DNA from: Octopus sinensis
Taxonomy: Eukaryota
Direction: 5' to 3'
Assembly (NCBI RefSeq): GCF_006345805.1
Contig: NC_043011.1
Span: 59,532,464 to 59,596,463, forward strand
DNA length: 64,000 bases
The position numbers and the translations under genes were made by a program. How positions within the stretch are numbered: the first letter of the stretch is position 1; every line of letters starts with the position of its first letter. The notes beneath the pieces were generated by a model. That model was not told the origin of the DNA, did no database searches, and worked only from the letters and a program-made list of their open reading frames with translations. Below are positions 51,909 to 64,000 of the stretch, one piece after another.

Positions 51909-52177
51909 ATGTATACGCAAGTACATGCGTAAGCGTCCGTGTTAATCTGTATGCATGAAAATCTATGAACGCACACACATTTATTGGTATAAAGTGGATA
52001 AGTGATAAAGGAATTCGTCGATCCGCAGCCATGTTGGACACGGACACTAATTATAATTCAAAATTACCAACTTTGTTATACACTGCGATTCTGTTTGGGT
52101 ATTATATTAAAGTAACAAGTGACTAGAAATACTCATTCTCTGGAAACGGGATAAATCGGTAGATTTATATATCAAAA

Positions 52178-52409
52178 AGGCTGCGAGCTGGCAGAAACGT
52201 TAGAACGTCGGGCGAAATGCTTAGCGGCATTTCGTCTGCGTTACGTTGTGAGTTCAAACTCCGCCGAGGTCGACTTTGCCTTTCATCCTTTCGGGGTCGA
52301 TAAATTAAGTACCAGTTACACACTGGGGTCGATGTTAGCGACTTAATACCTATGTCTGTCCTTGTTTGTCCCCTCTGTGTTTAGCCCCTTGTGGGTAATA
52401 AAGAAATAG
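52178..52409 (+). mobile_element. Family A SINE
   Basis: Near-consensus full copy. Confidence 0.92.
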
Positions 52410-52499
52410 GTATATTTATATATCATGCCTTATGCCTCCAAGCAGTCCTTCAGGCTCAAATACACATACACACACACACACACCACACACACACACACA

Positions 52500-52537
<38 letters not shown>

Positions 52538-52551
52538 GATTAAATGATTGC

Positions 52552-52931
52552 TGTTTTGCTTGTTTCGTTCATTAGACTGCGACCATGATGATGCTCTGTC
52601 TTAAACGGTTTAGTTGAACAAATTGATACCAATGCTTATTTTTTTAAATTTGACTCTTACACTGTAAAGCACATTTGCCGAACCGCTAAGTTACGGGAAC
52701 GTAAGCAAATAAAAAGCAGCCGTCAAGTCGGAGTGGGACTAAAATAAACTCATACACACACAGACACACACACACACACACCACAAACATACAAACACAC
52801 ACACACATATATATATACATACATGGCCGACTGACCTCCACACACTTTCCGTCTATCAATTCATTCACAAGCTATTCGTCAGCCTGTGCTGTAGAAACAC
52901 TTATCCAAGGTTCTGAGCAGTGGGACCGAAC
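52552..52931 (-). mobile_element. Degenerate family B SINE
   Basis: gccgaaccgctaagttacggg and ttccgtctatcaattcattcacaag. Confidence 0.75.
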
Positions 52932-53642
52932 CCTTAGTCACACAGTGGTGTCTACGTCCATCCGAACCGTGCCCGACGTATCTTCGTTATGCATCTCTTC
53001 AAAATTCACCGTTTCTCTTTATACACTACATTAATCTCATCTCGTGACTACATTTCTTAAACGTTTGTTCAATTCTTCAAGTTCAACCTTTTGTACCTCC
53101 AAACGTTCTTAAATCAGTTATTTTACCTCTTTTCCCCCTCGAAATGTAAACCGTATTTCCTATCTCCTCTGTTATAGAATTGTTCTCAATAATGTAACCT
53201 CGAAGAACATTGAAAACATGCATTTAGACTAAGTAGCTGAAAATCTTATACTTTCGGGTTTCGCATTTAGCATTCCAAACAAATAGCAACAGAAAAGCCG
53301 AGCAACAATATCAAACTTTCTTTTTTTTTTCATTTCCTTTCCAACAAACCAAACACATTTGTTTTGTCAGAACTCTCAAACATCCACATTGTACCTAAGC
53401 TTTTTCTAAAATTACCATAATGTGATGTTACTTTCACAATTCTTGATATAATTCCTTCTTAGAATACTTCGATGCAGCGATCTTTTTCATGCTTCTTTTA
53501 CGTTTGACTTCCATTTGTGTAAACATCGCATCTCGCCATTTCCAGCTTCTCTTCTCGCATTTTTTCACGCATCCCAAATACTTCATTTTTTTTTTCTTTA
53601 GAAACTATCGTTTCAATAACCTAACGATTTCACGCATATAAT

Positions 53643-53866
53643 ACTCTTTTACTCTTTTACTTGCTTCAGTCATTTGACTGCGGCCATGCTGGAGCACTAC
53701 TGCCTTTAGTCGAGCAACTCGACCCCGGGACTTATTCTTTGTAAGGCTAGTACTTATTCTATCGGTCTCTTTTGCCGAACCGTTAAGTTACAGGGACGTA
53801 AACACACCAGCAATGCTAGGGGGACAAACACAGACACACAAACACACACACGCATATATATATATT

Positions 53867-53902
<36 letters not shown>

Positions 53903-54070
53903 TATGACGGGCTTCTTTCAGTTTCCGTCTACCAAATCCACTCACAAGGCTTTGGTCGGCCCGGGGTTATAGTAGAAGACACTTGCCCAAGGTGCCACGC
54001 AGTGGGACTGAACCCGGAACCATGTGGCTGATAAGCAAGCTACTTACCACACAGCCACTCTTGCGCCTAT
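53643..54070 (-). mobile_element. Family B SINE
   Basis: Near-consensus copy. Confidence 0.92.
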
Positions 54071-54259
54071 ATATTTTATATTTCTTGAGAAATTTTAAAC
54101 TGCTTCTAAGTTTCTAATATCGAAGCTCCAATTGATATTCAAATACTATTCCATTTTAGCCATCAACAGAGCTTCTCTATGATCGCACAATATGCTAGAA
54201 ATAACAGCAATATTCCCTTAAGTTACGTCCCACCGTCTTGAAATTGGATGTCTACACTG

Positions 54260-54530
54260 AATATTTCTTCCTGTCTTGGTTCGCAGTGAGCAACGGGAAG
54301 CAGGGCGTGACTTGAGCATTTTAAACCAAGCAATGAGTTTCTTTTTCTAGATTTAGAGTTGATATTTTTACCTGCGAGTAAAAGAGAAGAACAACCGCCT
54401 CTAGTATACGATTGATACTTTATTTGTCGATCCCCAAAAGACATAAAATAAAACTGACCTCAGCAAAACTTTTACTCGAAGCACAGAATATCGCAAGATA
54501 TTCTATCCACGGCTGCAACGCCTCTACCAG
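54260..54530 (+). repeat. Local direct duplication, copy 1 (copy 2 at 57051-57321)
   Basis: ggttcgcagtgagcaacgggaagc...ctaccaga shared with scattered substitutions. Confidence 0.9.
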
Positions 54531-55359
54531 ATCACTTTCTACATTATTTTCCCCTATCTCCTAAATATAAACTGTCCGATGTTAGGACGGGAAGGTCGTG
54601 GCTTGTAGGAATGTCTTTGATCATAGATGTAGTCAGTCAGAACTGATCTATTGCTAAACAATAACATCGACAACGACAATTATCCCTCGTTTGCCACAAT
54701 TTATGTGAACCATTCGTAACTAGTCACCTATCTTCTTTCATTTATATACAGTCAATAAACCCAACTGATATCGTTTCAACAGTCAATACGCCATGGTTCA
54801 ATAGCTGTCTTCCTACCTAAACTAATTTAATTTTCTTTATTTCAGTTTCGAACAACACGATGCCTCACAAGGGGTATTGTCATTGTCATTTGACAAATCA
54901 CAGCTTCACAATATATTAACTTACAACAAACGTGTTCAATCTAATTCTCTGTGACATTTTTTTTTTGTACAGACTGACAATGAAATCAAAATAACATTTC
55001 CTGCTCCTTAACAATCAACTTTGGAAACACAAATGAAACAAATAAAGCGCAATATAGAAAATAACTCAACTGATAAGCAACAAGTCACCCGATCGACAAA
55101 AGATCTATTATTATTATTATTATTACTTTTTTTTCTTCTTTCAAATTTGCTTCCATTTCTTGCCGAGTGTCTTCCCGACTCCTAGGGCAAAGAAACTCAT
55201 AGTATACATTGGTATGCCATTAAACCAAACTCAATAGTTCGTTCATTTAAAAAAAAAATGTATTCGACTTGTGCCCTCCCCAAAAATTGCTTCCTTTTTG
55301 GCAAAATTTGAAACCATTTTTGTTGTTATTGTTGATAAGGCAGTGAGCTGACAGAATTG

Positions 55360-55398
<39 letters not shown>

Positions 55399-55408
55399 AT
55401 TATTATTA

Positions 55409-55491
<83 letters not shown>

Positions 55492-55493
55492 TA

Positions 55494-55710
55494 AGATGTC
55501 CAGCTGGCAGAATCGTTAGCGCGTCGAGCAAAATGCTTAGCAACATCTTGTCCGTCTTCCCGTTCTGTGTTTAAATTCTGCCGTGGTCGACTTTACCTTT
55601 CATCTTTCCGGTGTCGATAAAAATAAGTACCAGTTGTGTGCTGGGGTCAATGTAATCGACTCGTGCCCTCTCCGAAAATTGCTTCCTTTTTGGCAAAATT
55701 TGAAACCATT
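55494..55710 (+). mobile_element. Family A SINE
   Basis: Head and core; its 3' end is duplicated at 55260-55365. Confidence 0.85.
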
Positions 55711-55766
55711 TTTGTTGTTATTGTTGTTGATAAGGCAGTGAGCTGACAGAATTGTTTATCATTATT

Positions 55767-55806
<40 letters not shown>

Positions 55807-55807
55807 G

Positions 55808-55892
<85 letters not shown>

Positions 55893-56410
55893 GAGTGAGA
55901 GAGCAGTTCATGCCATCAAAGTGACACTGGAGTAAAATATACGAAGCCCAATATACCCATCATGACTATCCGTCTGATAAAGGTACACCAGGCACATGCA
56001 TCACAACCATATGTGCGCGACATGGTGATCTCATATCAAGATAAACAACACATGACCTTGCAGGTGGGGCCCAGTTAGAATTTTCTTCAGGTTGAGTAGC
56101 CCATCCCGCTCAAACGGTCCCTGAATAAGGGTTGTTTAAGGATGTTGAACGAAACACCCATGTTTCCAGAGGTGAATTATTCAAACCCCAAATAATCCCT
56201 CTCAACACATGGCTATGATGCTCCCCCTCTACTTCTGCTCGTGATCAGAGATGCACATATCGTCAGCCACTAAGGGACATGCTCAACTGGTTAAGGTCAA
56301 ACAACTGACAAGCAAATCTGTGGTATTGAGCAGAATATTTGCTGTAGCCCATCTTTTATACCAAGACAAAACAATGTACATGATAACACTTCCAATCAGT
56401 TAAGATCAGA
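55893..56410 (-). mobile_element. Probable retroelement 3' UTR inserted in (TAA)n
   Basis: About 520-bp block, richer in GC, sharply bounded by (TTA)n on both sides; no ORF. Confidence 0.55.
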
Positions 56411-56432
56411 ATTATTATTATTATTATTATTA

Positions 56433-56488
<56 letters not shown>

Positions 56489-56490
<2 letters not shown>

Positions 56491-56705
56491 GGCGGCGACC
56501 TAACAGAATTGTTATTGGGCCGGGAAAAATGTTTAGCAGCATTTCGTCCGTCATTACGTTCTGAATTCAAAATCCTCCGAGGCCGTCTTTGCCTTTCGTC
56601 TCTGTTAGGGTTGCAAAAATAAGTACCAGTTGTGTCCTGTGGTCGACGTAATCAACTTGTTCCTCCCCCGAAATTGCCGGCCTTTTGCCAAAATGTGAAA
56701 CCCAT
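56489..56705 (+). mobile_element. Degenerate family A SINE
   Basis: aaggcggcgacctaacagaa head and core remnant. Confidence 0.8.
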
Positions 56706-57321
56706 ATTAAGGTTTCCGAGTTAAACAATATTGTGTCTTAATGCTTTTCCTGTCTTGAATGCGACAGGTGCAATAAAGGATGTACCACATGTTCTGTTAA
56801 TTGAAGAGTTTGCGTGGAATTCTTCGATCGGAATGGGATGACTTGGAACGACTCTGTGGCTATGATGATCTATCAAGGCTCATTGGATATTTCAATCTGT
56901 TTTGGTAACAGAAAATTCTAGCACTGGACGCTCGCAGAAATATGGACATACAGATAGCGAGAGACATAAACATTACAATATATAAATCACTTACTCTAGT
57001 CTCATACACATAAAGAGAAATATGGTTGCACATAAACAGAGGCAGAAACAAATATTCCTTCATTTTGTGGTTCGCAGTGAGCAACGGGAAGCACGGCGTG
57101 ACTTGAGCATTTTAAACCAAGCAATGAGTTTCTTTTTCTAGGTTTAGAGTTGATATTTTTTCCTGCTAGAAAAAGAGAAGAACAACCGCCTCTAGTACAC
57201 GACTGATACTTTATTTGTCGATCCCCAAAAAACACAAAATAAAACTAACCTTATCAAAACTTGAACTCGAAGCACAGAATATTGCAAGGTATTCTATCCC
57301 CTACTGCAATGCGTCTACCAG

Positions 57322-57354
<33 letters not shown>

Positions 57355-57989
57355 TCTGATAACAAGTCAACGTCTTGACAGCGACATCAAATTGGCAAAG
57401 CCAAAACGTTCCTTATCCTTGTTCCATCATGACTTTCAAAGCTTACAAGATTATTGCAGTCGTTGTTGTTTATAACCTCATACATCATTGAAGTGTAAGT
57501 ACTAAGAAGTTTCGTTTGGAATTCTAAGTTGTAGACTCATGTCTGAAAATGTATTAAAAACGTATAGTTGGTTAACGCGTCTGGTTGTAAGAAAGTTTGC
57601 GTTTTAGCCGAAAGAAAATTCGCCTTGAAAGAACATAAATTGTTAAACGAAAGAAAAAGCATTAGCTGTTTCCTTAAAATGCCAGCTTCGACTAATCTAC
57701 CAATTAGAGAGAAAGGTAATTCCTTTAAAATGAGTTATCTAGTTGACAGTCTGCTTGTGTGCTTCTGTTATGGCAAAAATTCCGGACATGAAAACATCCA
57801 GTGCGTTTGACCAGTATTTTATGTTATCTATTACCAAATAATGAATGGTACAGTTTATTTCTGCGAGATTTGAACTCAAAACTAAAGCAAGGAGTGGAAC
57901 GAACTACTGCAAGACGACTTTTCCAGAGCTCTACCGATTCTACCTGTAATGGTATAGGTGTTAAAGTCCTAAAAGACTTTTGCTTACTT

Positions 57990-58660
57990 GTTTTCTATCA
58001 TCATTTCCATCCCAAATTTGTGTTAATTTGCGGAGCCTCGAAATTCATTTATTGCAAGGTGTGCAATCGAAGCTTGAGTATATTTTCCGTAAAAAAAATC
58101 TCCCTAATCCTTCTGGGTTTATATTTTTGGAGTCACAAACGAAGTAGATTATATTTCTATCTTCCCTCTATAAACTATCTTCAGCGTATAAAGCTGCCAT
58201 TTCGCGGATTTCCCCAGAAGTTAGATATTTTCTTTAACGCCATATTTTATGTTATTAGAAGTGACCAAAGAAGTTTTCTTTATTCAAATCTCTTTAGTAC
58301 AATCAATTCACTGATTCCAAGCTATCTTAAGCTCCTTTGTATCAAAACCAACTCCTTCCCCCACTTCACCCCCCCCCCCTCTCTCTCTCTCTCTTTCTAG
58401 ATCTAATTATAGAACAGCATAATTTTACTTATCCTTTTTTTGAAATTACGCATTCTATCCTACCACATTTCAATACCATTCTCACCTGGGGCTTCACATG
58501 AAATGTAATAAAAGATTCTCTACAAGAATCACATAAATTTGCCATTTTCTTTCTTATGCTGCATCAGATTACTCAGCATTTCTTGCGCACCCTTCTTCTG
58601 TATTTCCTGGCTGCTTATAACAGCGTATCAAGCTTAGGTATTAGTTCACTGTCAGACATT
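57990..58660 (+). mobile_element. Highly decayed CR1/Jockey-group LINE C-terminus
   Basis: Weak remnants such as FLSYAAS...HPSSVFP resembling SFFPRT-LWNSLPSSVFP. Confidence 0.3.
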
Positions 58661-58739
58661 ACTGAAATGGCTCTACTCATCCTCCCAGACGATCTCTTTC
58701 TTCTGTTGCCCAATAATAATTATCTTCATTCTTTCACAT

Positions 58740-59630
<891 letters not shown>

Positions 59631-59866
59631 AAAATTTCGAAGTTCCAACCATTTAGCCTCTATATTTTAATGGTAGTTTTAAATGTTTTTGCCATCTCTT
59701 CTATCATTTCTTCTTCTAATTCACAATTTCCAATATGCTTATTCCTTTCCTCCTAATTTCACAAACTGCAACTTTGAAGCCATGTTTATCCCCCACATTT
59801 TCATCGATGTGGAGATAACGCTACATGGTATCTCTCGACCTGCTGTAAATAGCTGTCAAATCTCAG

Positions 59867-60335
59867 CTCAGCTACTGGGAAAGGTTGAAACAGCTAAGAC
59901 TATACTCCCTGGCGAGAAGACGGGAGGGGTATGCAGTAATATATATCTGGAAGATCCTGGAAGGAATTGTGCCAAATGCTAGAACGGGACGACACTGCAT
60001 AGTGCCAAAGATCCCAGCAATGCCATCACGCTTCAGGACCAGCTTCTGTAACAGACTGGGTTTCAAGGGCCCACAGCTTTTTAATATTCTCCCAAAGAGT
60101 CTGAGGAACTTGCACAAAGTAGATGTAGCAGTTTTTAAATCAAAGCTGGACCTCTTCCTGTCGAGAGTCCCAGATGAACCTACTTGACAGCAAGAAGTGC
60201 AAATGAGGGTAGCTATATCAAACTCCGTTGTTCACCAAGTGCCACATATTAGAGGAGGCTCCTAGTAATAACAGTGTAGCAAGACGGCGGTGCATCAGCA
60301 TGGCCGCAGCTCTGAGCTGAAACAAGAAAAAAAAT
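59867..60335 (+). mobile_element. CR1-group LINE 3' end (ORF C-terminus and 3' UTR)
   Basis: LSYWERLKQLRLYSLARRREGYAVIYIWKILEG...GPQLFNILPKSLRN...FKSKLDLFLSRVPDEP; tail ggcggtgcatcagcatggccgcag. Confidence 0.9.
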
Positions 60336-63156
60336 CCATGAACACTGTAGCGTTTTTAGAAAATAGTAAGACAAAATGAACTATCCAGTATTTGATAAAT
60401 AAGGCAAAAAATAAAACGGGATTGGCATGGTTGGACTTCTTCTGATTGGACCGAACGCAGCCAGCTTGGCCGAAACAACGAATTCCATGTTTTACCTTCC
60501 GATTTTTATCATTTCATTTATGACTGATAAATTTTCTTTCCATCACTTCACCGCACTTAGTATCTCTTCTCTGTCTTTCTATCCATCTCTCTCTACCCCT
60601 TTCTCTTTCTCATTCTGCTCCCTCTCTCTCTCTCCCCTCTTTTTTCTCAATTCTTTGTTTTTCTACCAGAGCGTTTTATATGACTCAATGACTCACAGAT
60701 TTATTTGTCCTACAACAGGTTCCCATCTCCTGCATTTCGTACCTTCTCTTCAACTTTATACTTTAGTATCTACTAAAGTATAACTAACCACACAACAAAA
60801 ATTGCTGAAACCTGTAGAAATACCACATTCTATAGTTTCTTATATTTATCTTCTTACTTCATAATACGATATTGATATATAAGTCTGTAGATCTTCATAA
60901 TAATGTTTCGATTATGTCTCCAATGCTGTTCCATAATTTCGCTTATAAAAGCATTATACGCAAAGAGATCATGGCAAACAACATATTGCTACTCCCACAG
61001 TATGCAATAAAAAGATGCACACATGCTTCAAATCGGTTTCGTTTCTATTCTTGTTTCTTTTATCTTGCTTCTCTTAGTCTCCTTTGATAAAGTGTTCACC
61101 CGAAACATCTGTTTTCTTTTCCGTTTCCTTTTTATCGGAATATAATTCACTGGGCACAACTTTCGTTGTTAGTTTTTGTGTCTACATTTTATCCATCACT
61201 TGTAAAAGTTTTGTCTGCCTCCTGTAACCTTTCCCGTTGTCCATCTACCTATCTCTTATTCCCGTCTTCCTCTTTTATCTATTTCCCCTAAGAATATTAT
61301 CATCGTCTGTTTAGTGTATGGAACAGTTGTATAGTTGGGTTACTACCAGGCGGAATCTATCCTCTCCGATATTTCACCGTTCTTTTCACATGCTCAGCTT
61401 ATCAATCTCTATCGTTAATGCTCATTGTACAATAAAACAAAACAATTTCTATAAGATCGCTTGTCCTAATCAAACATCCACCGGCGTCCAAGTGTGTTTA
61501 TTATCGAAATGTTGACTACTTCCATTCCATTTGTTTGTTTCCAATCCATTACTCGATGAATCCTCAACATTCTGTTTGTCTGTTTGTCCGTAAAAATTGT
61601 CGGTTCCAGTCCATACCAATCAATGGTGATCGCGAATAATCTATTCCATCAGAACATATGTAGAATTAGAACTCGAAGCGTAAAGAGCGGGAGCAGATAA
61701 TACTGGCTATTTCGCCCAACACTCCAAGAATTCCATTAATCCATTGACTCGGTTGTTTATCGATCCGGAAAGGATGAACGGCAAAGTTGGTTAATAGCAT
61801 CAGATAATTTTGCATGATACGGTGGAAGGAGGATCAGGCTCATAAAATATTTCTCGGTTTATTGATGTCGCGAAACTGTGTGCTGTAATTCGTTCGTTGT
61901 ACGAAAGTCGATGTGAATACGATGGAACAATTTGAGCGAAAATATTTAAATGTCATTTGTCGTTCGCAAATGTGGAAAATGTTCACGGCGAAATACGCTG
62001 ACAAGTTAAACGGACGGATTGCAATTCTAGGAAGAATAAATGATACATGAAGTATATAAATCTGCATTTTGTAGATACTCAGACATACATTAAAGCAAAA
62101 TTGTGCGTGGAGAAAGCTATAAATATGAGAATCAATAATGAGTACTGAGTGAGAATTGAAAGACATTCTAAACATTTATTTGAACATTAGGAATATTGGT
62201 AAATGCGATTGACATACTTTATGTAGTAGAGTATCACGTGATTTGGAAGAGGACATAACGAGATACGAAACTGGAAACAATTTATCACAACACTGGAAAC
62301 TTATGAAAAAAGAAACAGCACAAATATATTATGAACAACAAATTTACAATTCAGAAGAGAAAGTTGCCAGATTCATGTTAGTATCAGATAACAGTTTAAG
62401 AAAGTAATTAAGGCTGCCCATTATATTTTACATTGAAATGAAAATAATACAGGGACCATTCAGAAAACATTCATAGCCAGTAAAGGAAATGTGTGAAATA
62501 ATATACTTTTGTTGGTGTAGAAAAAACAATATCAGAACGTCTTATACGTCAGGGATACAGGGACGATGTTTACAACGAGCAACACTCGTTATTTTGATGG
62601 GGCTATTAAACATTAGACATTTGAAAAGGGCCGTTTCAGCGGTATTGATTATGCCTTTTCTGCGGGCGAAATGGAAGAAGGATTATGTTAATCATTGCTT
62701 TCTGCTTTGATTTTAAGAGAACGGAGTGTGGTTTAGTAGGAATTTGGTTGCAAATTCTAACAGAACGAACAAGCATATTGCGTTCCAAAACTAAGGTAGT
62801 AAGTATTTCATCTTATGCAAATGTTTGAATGATTAAACATTATTTATGAGACTTTCAGATAGCTGAGTTGAATTGTAGTGGATATTAGAAACTGAAAGTA
62901 AAGCATAAACCCACAATTGTATTCCAGTAGGGCAAAAACCTCTCCTGCACCAGAACTCTTAGGAGCTTCATAGGCAGTTTCGTTATTGAAGAAATCTTTA
63001 ATGTTGAATGAGTCAAGTGACATCCAGGTAACGATGTAACAGCTTTACCAGAAAAGATGACATTTTGTTTTTTGTTGTTTTTTTCTTCATACGGAATTCC
63101 ATTAGTATTAAGTTCATGTCGAAGTAGCCTCTTTCTTTTAGGGTCTTGTCTATCGT

Positions 63157-63339
63157 TCAAGTTGCATTGGAAGGATTCTTTCCGCTGCGTTCTTCCATTT
63201 CGTGTTCGTCGACGTGGATTCGTGGCGGCTGGCGAGTTCTTGAAATACTGCCGCCGCCATAACTTCCACCTTCCTCCCCTAAACCCCCAATGGTTTGCAC
63301 CCCGGAGCATCCGCGCTTGCTACGGGCGTCTACACCTCG
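63157..63339 (-). CDS. Candidate terminal coding exon of a gene starting beyond the window end
   Basis: ctaat branch-like motif and tttctgctatcag acceptor; GC-rich 60-codon frame RGVDARSKRGCSGVQTIGGLGEEGGSYGGGSISRTRQPPRIHVDEHEMEERSGKNPSNAT*; followed by about 1.3 kb of repeat-poor, UTR-like sequence. Confidence 0.45.
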   Translation of the reverse strand, partial: RGVDARSKRGCSGVQTIGGLGEEGGSYGGGSISRTRQPPRIHVDEHEMEERSGKNPSNAT

Positions 63340-64000
63340 CTGATAGCAGAAATCGATTAGCAATATATATTTCACGAACGTTTTTCTAGCACCACCAGGA
63401 GCAACTAAAATATAGGTGACTTCATTCTGCTGGGAGGTACCACTAAAAACTTGGCCGTTACAAATGAATATCAAACGGTAGCATTTATCACACGCTCATC
63501 AATTGTTTTCGGCTCTGCTAAATTTAACCCAGCGTCATATAACATCGCGTATATATCTCAGCTAGATAAAGAAATGATCGCTCGAGCAATCGGCTCATAC
63601 ATATTTTCAACTGAGTAGAAGAAAGATAGAGATTTTTAATGATAATAATACAAATATTGCATATTTTGATATCAAACAGGCCCAGAAAAATGTTTCATTT
63701 TTTGTTTAATGAGAAATAAAATGTGAACGAGGACATCGGACACTTTTTTCCCCTTTCCTCAACTCAGGTCTGTCTCTTCTGCTTCGCTCCATTTGGACCG
63801 CTGCTTTTCCAGTTTTTGTCCTCAGCCTCCAGCATTTCTCTGACGGAAAGCCTTCCTCTCCCAGGTCTTGCTAGTTCTGAATTGCCTTTGAAGCCTCTGT
63901 AAACTTTTTTCTTTAATAGAAAGGAGTGTTTGGTTATACACTAACCCATTTTTATCACTGATAAGGGGTGATCCATATTAGTCGGCCCCTGGCCTGTCTA

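Noticed and set aside
52020-52055. YY1-like CAACATGGCTGC with an Inr-like motif (also CAAGATGGCAGC at about 37604)
   Set aside because: Short motifs alone are insufficient; no downstream donor or credible ORF was found.
61080-61115. Degenerate hammerhead-like UUGAUAA...CGAAACAUC
   Set aside because: Too many core and stem mismatches to support.
62885-63310. 141-aa minus-strand ORF and the overlapping plus-strand ORF
   Set aside because: Alternative frames over the same GC-rich segment; no recognisable domain.

Overview
AT-rich, microsatellite- and transposon-saturated animal DNA with one 100-N assembly gap (3433-3532). The SINE families and (TA)n/(TAA)n/(CA)n load strongly suggest an Octopus genome (inferred from repeat recognition, not from a search). 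No long intact protein-coding gene is visible, and nearly all ORFs in the track are microsatellite or repeat artefacts. Identifiable content: about 30 tRNA-derived SINE copies from several families, decayed RTE, R4/Dong, CR1-like and Penelope retroelement fragments, and two mariner derivatives. Most striking is a dense set of about a dozen hammerhead-ribozyme motifs from at least five sequence families. Most lie in (TA)n-embedded Penelope-like terminal repeats, including two palindromes with opposed ribozymes and one composite with a possible tRNA-like head. Also present are two degenerate arrays with a conserved core and variable linkers (about 37-bp and about 30-bp period), a phase-consistent candidate 3-exon gene for a 99-aa secreted peptide (+ strand, 2046-8619), candidate minus-strand exons, and a probable terminal exon near the window end. 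All calls were made by eye without database searches.
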